Shown: positions 16,817 to 25,927 of the stretch, piece after piece | Numbering within the stretch: the first letter of the stretch is position 1 | How the letters are laid out: each line of letters opens with the position of its first letter | Notes under the pieces: generated by a model | What the model saw: the letters and a program-made list of their open reading frames with translations, nothing else | Told to the model about the DNA's origin: nothing | The model's database searches: none | DNA from: Rhodobacter sp. | GTDB taxonomy: Bacteria; Pseudomonadota; Alphaproteobacteria; Rhodobacterales; Rhodobacteraceae | Length of the DNA stretch: 64,000 nt | Direction: 5' to 3' | Assembly (NCBI GenBank): GCA_030066215.1 | Contig: JASJCA010000004.1 | Location: 1,762 to 65,761 of the forward strand | Program-made: the position numbers and the translations under genes

Positions 16817-17808
16817 AGGACCTCCGCCACCTGCACCGCCCGCGCCTCTGCCACCGACCGCACCGCCGCTTCGGCCAAGGCCAACGCCATCAGCCCGTCC
16901 TGTCCAGTCGTCGGCGGTGCGGTGCCGTCGGTCACCGCCCGAACGAAGGCGGCGATTTCGGCGGCGTAGGCGGCGGTGTAGCGCGACATGAAGAAGTCGA
17001 GCAGCGGCGGGCGGGTGTAGCCCTCGGCCGTCGCCACCTCGATCCGTGCGGCGCGGTGGTTTTCGGCCGCGACCGCGCCCAAGCTCCCGTGCACCTCGAT
17101 CCGCTGGTCGTAGCCATAGACCGCCCGCCGGGTATTGGTGATCGTCGCCTGCTTGCCCGAGGCCGTGCGCAGGATCACGTTGACGCTGTCGAAGTCGCCG
17201 AGTTCGCCGATCTTGGAATCGACCAGTACCGAGGCGGCGGCCAGCACCGTCTCGACCTCCTCGCTCAGCATCCAGCGCGCCACGTCGAAATCGTGGATCG
17301 TCATGTCGCGGAAGATGCCACCCGAGCGCTGAATGTACTCGTAAGGAGGCGGCCCGGGGTCGCGGCTGGTCAGCGTCACCATCTCGACATCGCCGATTCG
17401 GCCCGCGTCGATTTCCGCCTTCAGGGCCAGGAAATCAGGGTCGAACCGGCGTTGGAACCCGACCATCAGCGTGGTGCCGGTTTCCTCGACGACCTGCAGA
17501 CAGGCCCGCACCCGGTCGAGGCTCAGATCGACGGGTTTTTCGCAGAATACCGCCTTGCCGGCGCGGGCGAAGCGCTCGATCAGGTCGGCATGGGTGTCGG
17601 TCGGGGTGCAGATCACCACCGCGTCCACCTCGCCGGAGGCCTCCACCTGGTCAATGGTCCGGATCGCGGCGCCGTAGCGGTCGTGCAGCGCCTCGGCCGC
17701 TGCCGCCACCGGGTCGGACACCGCCACCAGTGTGGCACCCTCGACCGACGCGATCGCGCCGGCATGCACCTGGCCGATGCGGCCCGCGCCCAGAACGGCA
17801 AAGCGCAT
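16813..17808 (-). CDS. iolG: inositol 2-dehydrogenase (Gfo/Idh/MocA family)
   Basis: ORF 16813..18294(-) trimmed to ATG 17808, preceded by AGGGGAGG. MRFAVLGAGRIGQVHAGAIA...VFCEKPVDLSLDR. ATGA overlap with the iolC start. Confidence 0.8.
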   Translation of the reverse strand: MRFAVLGAGRIGQVHAGAIASVEGATLVAVSDPVAAAAEALHDRYGAAIRTIDQVEASGEVDAVVICTPTDTHADLIERFARAGKAVFCEKPVDLSLDRVRACLQVVEETGTTLMVGFQRRFDPDFLALKAEIDAGRIGDVEMVTLTSRDPGPPPYEYIQRSGGIFRDMTIHDFDVARWMLSEEVETVLAAASVLVDSKIGELGDFDSVNVILRTASGKQATITNTRRAVYGYDQRIEVHGSLGAVAAENHRAARIEVATAEGYTRPPLLDFFMSRYTAAYAAEIAAFVRAVTDGTAPPTTGQDGLMALALAEAAVRSVAEARAVQVAEVL

Positions 17809-17819
17809 CGCGCCTCCCC

Positions 17820-18614
17820 TCAGCGTTCGTTGGTGTCGGGATAGGCCCCGACGACGTGTTGATCGAAATCCATCAAGGTCCCGGTGACGACGCCCGAGTC
17901 GGGCCCCAGCAGAAACGCCGTCTGCCGCGCCACATGCTCGGGTTTGACCAGCATGCCGAAGGGCAGGTTCGCCTCGGCCGCCTTCTGCCAGCCCTCCTTG
18001 CGCCCGTGCGAGACCTTCTGGCGTTCGTTCTCGCCCGGCGTGTCCATCCAGCCAACGTTGATGCCGTTGACCCGGATGCGGTGCTGGGCCAGGGCGGCGG
18101 CGGCGTTCTTGGTGATCGCGCCGAGCGCGGCCTTCGAGGCAACGTAGGGCGCCAGGAACGGCAGCCCGCCATAGATCACGATCGACAGGATGTTGACGCA
18201 AGATCCTGGATGGCCGCGTTCGAGGCAGTGGTTGGCGAAGCCCTGCAGCGCGAAGAACGGGCCCTTGGCGTTCGGCCCCATGATCGCGTCCCACCGCTCG
18301 GGCGTGGTGTCGAGGATCGAGCCGCGGTCAGTGTTCGCGGCGCAGTTGACCAGCGCGTTGACCGGGCCGATCCGGGTCTCGGCGGCGTACATCATCGCCT
18401 GAACCATGTCGATGTCGCCCATGTCCATGGTCAGGAAATGCACGTCCGCGCCACTTTCGGACAGCTCGGTCGCCGCGCGGTCGCCCTTGCGGATGTCGCG
18501 GGTGGTGAAGACCAGCCGACGGCAGCCCTGGGCGATCAGCTCGCGGCAGATCGCCAGGCCGAGGCCCTGGCTGCCCCCGGTGACGATGGCCCCGGTGTCG
18601 TCATGCGCGCCCAA
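17820..18614 (-). CDS. SDR family oxidoreductase
   Basis: ORF 17820..18614(-). TTG start 3 nt after the upstream stop. Cofactor motif AIVTGGSQGLGLA; catalytic YVASKAA. Confidence 0.8.
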   Translation of the reverse strand: MGAHDDTGAIVTGGSQGLGLAICRELIAQGCRRLVFTTRDIRKGDRAATELSESGADVHFLTMDMGDIDMVQAMMYAAETRIGPVNALVNCAANTDRGSILDTTPERWDAIMGPNAKGPFFALQGFANHCLERGHPGSCVNILSIVIYGGLPFLAPYVASKAALGAITKNAAAALAQHRIRVNGINVGWMDTPGENERQKVSHGRKEGWQKAAEANLPFGMLVKPEHVARQTAFLLGPDSGVVTGTLMDFDQHVVGAYPDTNER

Positions 18615-18617
18615 GGC

Positions 18618-19397
18618 TCAGACCGTGCCCCCGAGCGAGCTTTCGAGATCGGCGAGCTTCTGGCCGCCGGCCATCATGTCCTGCAGCTCTTCGGGCGTGA
18701 TCTCGCCGCGTTTGGCCGTGCCCAGGGTCTGGCCGCGATTGAGCACCGTGAACCGGTCGCCCACAGCCAGCGCGTGGCGCACGTTGTGGGTGATCAGCAC
18801 CACGCCGACGCCCTGCTTGCGCACCTTGTCGACGGTGGCCAGCACGTTCGAGGTCTGCCGCACGCCAAGCGCCGAGGTCGGCTCGTCGAGGATCAGCACC
18901 TTGGCGCCGAAATGCACCGCGCGGGCGATGGCCACGGTCTGGCGCTCGCCGCCCGACAATGTGCCCACGGCCTGGTCGGGGCCGCGCAGGTTGATGCCCA
19001 TCTCGCGCATCTCGTCCATGGTCACCTTGTCGGCGTGTTCGTGGTCGAAGAACGGGATGCCGAAGCGCTTCTTGATCGGCTCGTTGCCCATGAAGAAGTT
19101 CCGGCTGACCGACATCAGCGGGATCATCGCGAGGTGCTGGTGCACGGTGGCGATCCCAGCGGCGATGGCGTCGCGCGGATCGTCGAAATGCATCGGCTTG
19201 CCTTCGAAGAAGATCTCGCCACCCGTGGGCTGATGCACCCCCGACATCACCTTGATGAAGGTGGATTTGCCGGCGCCGTTGTCGCCCAGAAGGCAGTGGC
19301 ATTCGCCCGGGACGACGTCGACCGACACGCCGTTCAGCGCGATGACGCTGCCGAAGTGCTTCGAGATGTCGGTCATGTGGATAATCGGTTCGGCCAT
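18618..19397 (-). CDS. sugar (probably inositol) ABC transporter ATP-binding protein
   Basis: ORF 18618..19397(-). Walker A GDNGAGKST, signature LSGGERQ, Walker B LILDEPTS. The substrate is inferred only from the iol neighbourhood. Confidence 0.85.
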   Translation of the reverse strand: MAEPIIHMTDISKHFGSVIALNGVSVDVVPGECHCLLGDNGAGKSTFIKVMSGVHQPTGGEIFFEGKPMHFDDPRDAIAAGIATVHQHLAMIPLMSVSRNFFMGNEPIKKRFGIPFFDHEHADKVTMDEMREMGINLRGPDQAVGTLSGGERQTVAIARAVHFGAKVLILDEPTSALGVRQTSNVLATVDKVRKQGVGVVLITHNVRHALAVGDRFTVLNRGQTLGTAKRGEITPEELQDMMAGGQKLADLESSLGGTV

Positions 19398-19398
19398 C

Positions 19399-20523
19399 TC
19401 AGCGCTCCCCCGTGATCAGTCGGCGAATGTAGGTGTTGAGGATCACCGCGAAGAGCAGGATGACGCCGAGGAACACCCGGAATAGCGACGATTCCACGCC
19501 GGCGAAGAACAGCCCCTGCTGCACCACGCCGAAGATCAGCGCACCAAGCGCCGCGCCGATGACCGAGCCGTAGCCCCCCGTCAAAAGCGCACCGCCGATC
19601 ACCACCGCGATGATCGCCTCGAATTCTTTCAGCAGCCCGCGGTCGGCGCCGGCCGAGCCGAACTCCATCACCTGGCAGGTGGCGAAGACGGTGGCGCAGA
19701 AGGCGGTGAACATGAACATCATGATCTTCACGCGGTTCACCGGCACACCGGAATAGCGCGCGGCCTCGGCGTCGCCGCCGCTGGCGAAGATCCAGTTGCC
19801 GAACCGGGTCTTGGTCAAGAGCACGTGGCCGAAGACGATCAGGATGATCGCCCAGACGATCAGCATCGGGATGCCGTCGACCACCGGCTGGCCGGCGCGC
19901 GTGCCGCGCTCGAAGACGCCGATGATGCCGGTATCGCCCAGCCAGACGAAGAGCCCCTGCAGGATCTTACCGCCGAAAATGGCGCCCAGCCAGTCGCCCT
20001 CGGCCGCGTCGCGCACGCCGCCGATGATGGTCTTGCGCTCCAGCGTCTGCGGCAGATAGATCGTCAGCCCGCGCAGGATGAAGAGGAACGCGAGCGTCAC
20101 GATGAAGCTCGGCAGCCCGGTGCGGATCACGATGAAGCCGTTCAAGGCCCCGATCGACAGCGCGATGCCGAAGGTCACGATAATGGCGATCCAGACCGGC
20201 CAGGAATAGGTCACCGAGAAGATCGCGATCAGCATCCCGGAAAAGCCGATCATCGAGCCGACCGACAAATCGAACTCGCCCGCGATCATCAACAGGCACG
20301 CGCCCACCGCGATGATCATGAACTGCGCCGACACCACCGACCAGTTCATCACGCCCTGCGAGTTGAACATGCCCGAATCGAAGGCGAACAGAAGAAAGAA
20401 CGTGAACACCGCCACGGCCCCGACGATACCGCCGAGTTCCGGCCGGATCAGCGCCTTGCGCATCCGCGACATCTCTTTGACGCGTTCGTCGGCCTTGGGG
20501 GTGGGTTGCGCCGTCTCGGTCAT
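19399..20523 (-). CDS. sugar ABC transporter permease (ribose/xylose type)
   Basis: ORF 19399..20523(-), 374 aa, polytopic. Lies between the ATPase and binding-protein genes. Confidence 0.85.
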   Translation of the reverse strand: MTETAQPTPKADERVKEMSRMRKALIRPELGGIVGAVAVFTFFLLFAFDSGMFNSQGVMNWSVVSAQFMIIAVGACLLMIAGEFDLSVGSMIGFSGMLIAIFSVTYSWPVWIAIIVTFGIALSIGALNGFIVIRTGLPSFIVTLAFLFILRGLTIYLPQTLERKTIIGGVRDAAEGDWLGAIFGGKILQGLFVWLGDTGIIGVFERGTRAGQPVVDGIPMLIVWAIILIVFGHVLLTKTRFGNWIFASGGDAEAARYSGVPVNRVKIMMFMFTAFCATVFATCQVMEFGSAGADRGLLKEFEAIIAVVIGGALLTGGYGSVIGAALGALIFGVVQQGLFFAGVESSLFRVFLGVILLFAVILNTYIRRLITGER

Positions 20524-20591
20524 CGTGCCGGCTCCCTGTTGTCGTCTGAAATGGCGAAGGGGCGGCGGCCGCCGCCCCTCCGTTCGGTCGC

Positions 20592-21533
20592 TTAGCGGTA
20601 TTCGCCCGCGAACATCTCAACCTTCTCAAGCCCGTCGGCGGTCACGAAGCCGGGGCCCGAGTTCATGTTGTTGCCCGGCAGCACGCCGTAGCGGTGATAG
20701 TTCGTCAGGATCACCACCGGCATATAGGCCTGCAGGAACGGCTGCTGGTCGATGCCCCAGTTGACGACGCCGTCCTTGATGCCCTTCACGATCTCGGTGC
20801 CGAGGTCGAAGGTGCCGAAGTAGATGTCGCCGGCCATGCCGTTTTCCTTCAGCGCGGCGATCGTCGGGTCGGCCGAGACCGGGCCCAGCGTCAGCACGGC
20901 GTCGGTGTCGGGATTGGCCGACAGATAGGCCATCACCTTGTTCTTCACTTCCGCCGGGTCGGTGCCGCTGTCGAGCATCGACTCGCCCAGTTCAACACCC
21001 AGCCCGTCCGCGAAGCCCTGGCAGCGCTCGACCAGAGAGGGCTGCTGGATGGTGTGGTTGACGCAGAGGAACGAAGTGATCCCGTCGCCCTTGGCGCGCA
21101 GACCGGCAGCATAACCGGCGTCGTATTCGGGCTGGCCGACATACATCAGCGCGCCCACTTCACGTGCCTTGTCGGCGGTGCCGGTGTTCATGATGATCAC
21201 GTCGACGCCCGAGGCGACGGCGTCCATGATCGGGCCCTTCAACACGTCGTAGTCGGCGAGCGTGGTGATGATGCCGTCCGGGCCGGCCGCGGCGGCCTGC
21301 TCGATGATCCGCGCCATGTCGGCGATGTCGCCGGTGGGCGGGTTGCGATACTCGACCTCGACGCCCATCTGCTCGCCGGCGAGCGCGATGCCGTTCTTGA
21401 TCGTGTTCCACCAGCTGTCGCTGTCGGGCGCGTGGCTGACCAGCACGTACTTTTCGCCCTCGGCGGCGGCCGGCGCCGCAAAGCCCAGGGCGGCGACGGC
21501 GGCCGCGGCCAGAATCGAAAGTGATGTCTTCAT
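20592..21533 (-). CDS. sugar ABC transporter periplasmic substrate-binding protein (type I PBP)
   Basis: ORF 20592..21752(-) trimmed to ATG 21533, preceded by AGGGAGGAAA. Signal peptide MKTSLSILAAAAVAALGFAAPAAA. Confidence 0.85.
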   Translation of the reverse strand: MKTSLSILAAAAVAALGFAAPAAAEGEKYVLVSHAPDSDSWWNTIKNGIALAGEQMGVEVEYRNPPTGDIADMARIIEQAAAAGPDGIITTLADYDVLKGPIMDAVASGVDVIIMNTGTADKAREVGALMYVGQPEYDAGYAAGLRAKGDGITSFLCVNHTIQQPSLVERCQGFADGLGVELGESMLDSGTDPAEVKNKVMAYLSANPDTDAVLTLGPVSADPTIAALKENGMAGDIYFGTFDLGTEIVKGIKDGVVNWGIDQQPFLQAYMPVVILTNYHRYGVLPGNNMNSGPGFVTADGLEKVEMFAGEYR

Positions 21534-21618
21534 GGGTTTCCTCCCTTTGCGGGTGTCCGGCGCACCCTTTCGTTCAAGCCGGATTGCCCGTCGGTCGGGC
21601 GGTTCCTCACCCCTCCCC

Positions 21619-22437
21619 TCATGCGGCCATCTCGGCCAGACGGGAGGCGATGAACTGAAACGACCCGGCAAGCGCAGCCTGCGGATCGGCGATGGCGTGG
21701 ACCTGGGGCGCGAAGGGCTCGACCGAGACCGGCCCGCGGTAACCGCCGGCAATCAGCGCCTCGATCTGCTCGATATTGCCCAGCCTGTCGTGGCGGTCGA
21801 CCAGCACCCGGTGTTCGTCGCGCATCTCGCGGACCGCGGGGCTTGGGTCGGTCACGCCCGAAACCTGGACGATCCCGGTATGGCCGGCAAAGACCGGGCC
21901 GCCGCCCGCGAGCATGTGGTGGAACGTGTTGTGCGCCAGCCGGAAGGTGCCGGCGGCGCCAAGATCTTCGATCGCGTCCACGGCTTCGGATTTGTGCCGC
22001 AGCGAAGAGGTCTCAAACCCCAAAGGCTCGACAAGACCGGTCAGCCCCTTCGCCTCGAGCATCGACTTGAGCTCGCGAAGCGCGATGCGCAGGTTCGCCT
22101 GCCTTTCGCCATTTCCGCGGCCCAGCCCATCGTTGCGCGGGATCAGGCTGATCGCCTCGGCGCCGCACGCCACCGCCGCGCGCATCAACGCCTCGGCTTC
22201 GCCGCGCTTCGCCTCTGACCAGTCGTTGAAGGCCTTCAGCTCGGCCAAGGTGAGTACCCGCAACCCCAGCGCCCCGGCCTTCGCCTTCACCGCCGCGGGA
22301 TCGTCGCCATCGAACAGCGGCCCCGGCAAATCGTCGCGGAATTCCACGCCAACACAGCCCAGGTCATGCGCAAGCGTCAGGAACGCGTCCCAGCGCAGAC
22401 CTGGCACAGCCATATGGTTCAGCGCCCGCGGCAGCAT
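21619..22437 (-). CDS. xylose-isomerase-like TIM-barrel protein, IolI (inosose isomerase)-like
   Basis: ORF 21619..22467(-). Candidate starts are GTG 22467, ATG 22461, ATG 22437 and ATG 22413. I prefer 22437, which is preceded by GGGAGGA. The blocks LAELKAFNDW, HNTFHHM and DEHRVLVDRHDRLGNIEQIEALIAGGYRGPVSVEPF parallel B. subtilis IolI as I recall it. Confidence 0.7.
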   Translation of the reverse strand: MLPRALNHMAVPGLRWDAFLTLAHDLGCVGVEFRDDLPGPLFDGDDPAAVKAKAGALGLRVLTLAELKAFNDWSEAKRGEAEALMRAAVACGAEAISLIPRNDGLGRGNGERQANLRIALRELKSMLEAKGLTGLVEPLGFETSSLRHKSEAVDAIEDLGAAGTFRLAHNTFHHMLAGGGPVFAGHTGIVQVSGVTDPSPAVREMRDEHRVLVDRHDRLGNIEQIEALIAGGYRGPVSVEPFAPQVHAIADPQAALAGSFQFIASRLAEMAA

Positions 22438-22475
22438 TCCGGTGGCAGTCCTCCCTGGCATCCGCACCGACGCAA

Positions 22476-22496
22476 TACCGACGTTTTACCGACGTT
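22476..22496. promoter_or_regulatory. tandem direct repeat TACCGACGTT-T-TACCGACGTT (11-bp period) upstream of the IolI-like/ABC/iol gene string
   Basis: Exact 10-nt repeat at 22476-22485 and 22487-22496, about 40-60 nt upstream of the preferred start 22437. Confidence 0.3.
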
Positions 22497-22624
22497 ATGC
22501 AGATACGGGTTTCGCGCCTGTTTCCGGCGCTTCACGCGCGCCACGTTGAGGTATCGACCCAAGTTGGGTCAAGCCCGCCGGGCACAGAAGCTCTCAGAAA
22601 TGATGGAGGCTTAGAGGAGCCAAA

Positions 22625-22640
22625 TGATGTGATTCCATCA
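22625..22640. promoter_or_regulatory. 16-bp near-palindrome TGATGTGATTCCATCA (candidate operator of the adjacent LacI regulator)
   Basis: It abuts the LacI stop codon (22642) and lies about 190 nt upstream of the IolI-like gene. It is related to TGATGGAATCCCATCA at 23689-23704. An extra half-site AAATGATGGA lies at 22598-22607. Confidence 0.35.
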
Positions 22641-22641
22641 A

Positions 22642-23673
22642 TCAGACCGATTCGGGCAGATACAGCACCGGTTCCAGAAACTGCTGGCTCGGCACCGGTC
22701 CGCCGCCGTCGATCACCTGGGCCTTCGCCAAGCCCACCAGATCGGTGCAGAGCTGCCTCAGCGGCGTCGAGATCACCATCGTGACATAGCCGTCGCTCAA
22801 CGCGGTGCGCGATTCCGGTGTCAACTCGTTGACCACCAACGACACCTGCCCGGCCTGCCGCACCTCGCGCAGCGCCTGGATCGCACCCTCCATGCCGCCG
22901 CCGGCCAGATAGATGCCGACGACATCCGGATGCCGCGCCAGAAGGTCCAGCGTCGCTTCGTAGGTCAGTTGCCGCGTCTCCAGGTTCACCAGCGTGTCGA
23001 GGACCTGGAACTGCGGCTTCGCCTCGCGGAAATAACTGCGGAACCCGGTCTCGCGCAACTCGTGTCCGTGCCAGCGGTGCCCACCCACGAAAATCGCGAT
23101 CTTGCCGGTCTTACGTGCCGCGGTGCCGAGCATCCATGCAGCGAGGCGGCCGACCTTTAAGTTATTCATTCCAATGTAGTTTAGCCGCTCGCCCTGGGCG
23201 AAATCATTGAACAGGGCGAAGGTCGGGATGCCGGCGTCTTTCAACTGCAGCACGGCTTCGGTGGTCTTGTGGTGGTTGACTGCGACTGCAGCAACCACGT
23301 CCACCCGTCCGCGCATCGCCAACATCATCTGCGCCACCTCGCCGGGGCTTTGCGATGCGGCGAAGTCGATGACGGCCCGGCCGCGGATTCCCGAAGCGAC
23401 GCGCATCGCCTGATCGGCCTCGGCTGCCAGGGTCTGATAGAAGGCCTGCCGCTCTTTTTGCAGCACAAAGCCCATGCGTAGCTCGGGCAAGTCCGCGCGC
23501 AGTCGCTGCTCAATCAGGTTGGTGGCGTGATAGCCGATCTTGTGCGCCGCCTCGCTGACCTTGCGCGCGGTCTCTTCGCGCACCCGCAGCCGCCCATTCA
23601 GCACCCGGTCGACCGTGGCGACGCTGACGCCCGCCTCGGTGGCGATGTCCTGAATCGTCGGCCGCCGCGCCAT
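22642..23673 (-). CDS. LacI-family transcriptional regulator (candidate regulator of the inositol genes)
   Basis: ORF 22642..23745(-) trimmed to ATG 23673, preceded by AAGGGGAGG. HTH TIQDIATEAGVSVATVDRVLNGR followed by a PBP-like effector domain. Confidence 0.85.
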   Translation of the reverse strand: MARRPTIQDIATEAGVSVATVDRVLNGRLRVREETARKVSEAAHKIGYHATNLIEQRLRADLPELRMGFVLQKERQAFYQTLAAEADQAMRVASGIRGRAVIDFAASQSPGEVAQMMLAMRGRVDVVAAVAVNHHKTTEAVLQLKDAGIPTFALFNDFAQGERLNYIGMNNLKVGRLAAWMLGTAARKTGKIAIFVGGHRWHGHELRETGFRSYFREAKPQFQVLDTLVNLETRQLTYEATLDLLARHPDVVGIYLAGGGMEGAIQALREVRQAGQVSLVVNELTPESRTALSDGYVTMVISTPLRQLCTDLVGLAKAQVIDGGGPVPSQQFLEPVLYLPESV

Positions 23674-23688
23674 CCGGGCTCCTCCCCT

Positions 23689-23704
23689 TGATGGAATCCC
23701 ATCA
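23689..23704. promoter_or_regulatory. 16-bp near-palindrome TGATGGAATCCCATCA immediately upstream of the LacI regulator's RBS (candidate autoregulatory operator)
   Basis: One mismatch from a perfect TGATGGAA/TTCCATCA palindrome. It starts 16 nt upstream of ATG 23673. Confidence 0.35.
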
Positions 23705-23819
23705 CGAATGCCGATCATCCTTGAGGCATGTTGAGCGTTTTGCAATCAGTAATTCCGCGCCGGACGCCCGCCGCGAACAACCAGATCTTCACCGGACTGT
23801 GGTACCGACGCGCGCAGCC

Positions 23820-24953
23820 TCACCGAAACATCGGCGGCCTTGCGTCCACCCACGCGCCATCTGCCTTTGCCGACTCCACCGCCGCGAACACCGCCGCCAT
23901 CGACCGCGCCCCGTCCTCCGGCGTCGGCAACCCGTCGCGCGTCTCGCCCCGGATCGCCGCGGCGAGATCGACATAGATATTTGCCACCGCCAGCGGAAAC
24001 CCCTCGGGATGCGCGATCGCCACCCGGCTCAGTCGCGCTGCCTCCTCCGATACCCCGGCTTCGCCCTTCTCGATGATCTGCGTCCGACCGCCGACCGGCG
24101 TATAGATCAACTGGTTCGGCTGCTCCGAGGCCCAGCGTAGCCCGCCGGTTTCACCAAACACCTGGACGTCAAATCCGTGCTGCCGGCCAATCGCCACCGA
24201 TGAGGTCCAAAGCCGCCCGACCGTGCCACCGGCCATGCGGAAGTTGACCATCGCGTCGTCTTCCAACTCGCGGCTCGGAATCGTCGAGGCGAAATCCGCT
24301 GACAGGCTTTCCACCTGATCGCTGCAAATGAAACTCGCCATATGCAGCGCATGGATGCCGCAATCGGCAAACTGGCCAGAAACACCCGCCATCGCCGGAT
24401 CATAGCGCCAACGCACCCGCGGATTGTCGGCATCCGTGGCGTCACCGTGATGGCCATGGCTGAAATTCGTCACCACCAGCCGCACCTTGCCAATCTCGCC
24501 CGCCCGCACCATCGCGCGGGCCTGGCGCACCATCGGATAAGCCGAGTAGCAATAATTGACCGCGCAGATCCTGCCTGATGCCGCCGCCACCCGCACGATC
24601 TCTTCACCCTCCTCGACCGTCATGGTCATGGGCTTCTCGCAAAGCACGTGGAACCCAGCCTCGAGGAACAGCTTGGTGATTTCGAAATGTGTGGCGTTCG
24701 GTGTCGCCACGGTCACGAGATCGACGCGGTCGTCACGGGCCTGCTCTTTCGCCAGCATTTCCTGCCAGTCGCCATAGGCGCGGTCGGCCGCGATCCCGAG
24801 GCGCTGCGCATAGGCGCGACCTTCATCCGGCCGATGATCGAGCGCCCCGGCGACAAAGTCATAGAGCCCATCCGCCTGGGCGCCCAACCGATGCGCAGGG
24901 CCGATCTGGCTGCCCTCGCCGCCGCCGACCATACCCCATTTCAGTTTCGTCAT
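23820..24953 (-). CDS. Gfo/Idh/MocA family oxidoreductase
   Basis: ORF 23820..24953(-). ATG is preceded by GGGGGAGAGGGAA. KWGMVGGGEGSQIGPAH...HVLCEKPMTMT. Confidence 0.85.
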   Translation of the reverse strand: MTKLKWGMVGGGEGSQIGPAHRLGAQADGLYDFVAGALDHRPDEGRAYAQRLGIAADRAYGDWQEMLAKEQARDDRVDLVTVATPNATHFEITKLFLEAGFHVLCEKPMTMTVEEGEEIVRVAAASGRICAVNYCYSAYPMVRQARAMVRAGEIGKVRLVVTNFSHGHHGDATDADNPRVRWRYDPAMAGVSGQFADCGIHALHMASFICSDQVESLSADFASTIPSRELEDDAMVNFRMAGGTVGRLWTSSVAIGRQHGFDVQVFGETGGLRWASEQPNQLIYTPVGGRTQIIEKGEAGVSEEAARLSRVAIAHPEGFPLAVANIYVDLAAAIRGETRDGLPTPEDGARSMAAVFAAVESAKADGAWVDARPPMFR

Positions 24954-25026
24954 TCCCTCTCCCCCGTGCGAAGCCGGAGTCTTGAAAAGACTCCGGTCCG
25001 AAATCCTTCTAGGATTTCGGTGCCCC

Positions 25027-25917
25027 TCAGAACCCGATGGATTTCAGGTAGTTGCCGTTGTGGGTGTTGTCGTCGAGCGGCGAGGTCTTGCCCTGCGGAT
25101 CGCAATCCTGCTCGACCGTGCACCAGCCGTCAAATCCGTGATCCAGCAGGATCTGGCGCACCGTCGGAAAGTCCACATCGCCAAGCCCGAGCTTGCAGAA
25201 GATGCCTTCCGCACAGGCGTCGTAGAAGCCGATCCGGTTTTCCACCGCCCAGGCTTTCACCTTCGGATCGATGTCCTTGAAATGCATGTACGAGATCCGG
25301 TCCATATGCCGTCGCATGAACGCAACCGGGTCGAAGCCCGCATAGGAATGATGGCCCGTATCGAAGCAGATTTTTAGGATGCTGTCGTCGATCTCGCCCA
25401 ATAGCCGTTCCAGCTCCGGCTCGAAATCCATGAATCCGGCGGCATGGGCATGAATGCCCACGGTCAGCCCGTACTCCTCCGCCCCCATCTTGGCGATGGT
25501 TCGGATGCGGCCAACAAAGGCGTCCCATTCCGCCTTGTCCATCTGCTCGGCCTCGTTTGGCCGTCCGGCCGTCGGCGCCCGCCGCTCGGAAATCGCGTCG
25601 ATCAGCACCAGGTGCTTGGCCCCATGCGCCACCAGCGCCTTGCAGGTGCGCACGCTACCGTCCATCACATCGTCCCACTGGGCCGGGTCATGGAACTTGC
25701 GGAACACCACGCCCCCGATCAGCGTCAATGCGTGCTCGGACAAAGCCTCGCCCAGTTCCACCGGATCCTCCGGCATGAAGCCCACGGGCCCCAGCTCGAT
25801 CCCATTGAACCCCGCCTGTTTGCACTCCTTCAGCACTTGCCGCCACGGCGGATTGCGCGGGTCGTCCGCAAATTCGACGCCCCAGGAACAGGGTGCGTTG
25901 CCGATCTCGATGCTCAT
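25027..25917 (-). CDS. sugar phosphate isomerase/epimerase family TIM-barrel protein (IolE/MocC-like, candidate inosose dehydratase)
   Basis: ORF 25027..26010(-) trimmed to ATG 25917, preceded by GAGGGGGGAGAG. MSIEIGNAPCSWGVEF...GIHAHAAGFM...DTGHHSYAG...HFKD...EQD. Assignment as a dehydratase is by family and context only. Confidence 0.65.
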   Translation of the reverse strand: MSIEIGNAPCSWGVEFADDPRNPPWRQVLKECKQAGFNGIELGPVGFMPEDPVELGEALSEHALTLIGGVVFRKFHDPAQWDDVMDGSVRTCKALVAHGAKHLVLIDAISERRAPTAGRPNEAEQMDKAEWDAFVGRIRTIAKMGAEEYGLTVGIHAHAAGFMDFEPELERLLGEIDDSILKICFDTGHHSYAGFDPVAFMRRHMDRISYMHFKDIDPKVKAWAVENRIGFYDACAEGIFCKLGLGDVDFPTVRQILLDHGFDGWCTVEQDCDPQGKTSPLDDNTHNGNYLKSIGF

Positions 25918-25927
25918 CTCTCCCCCC

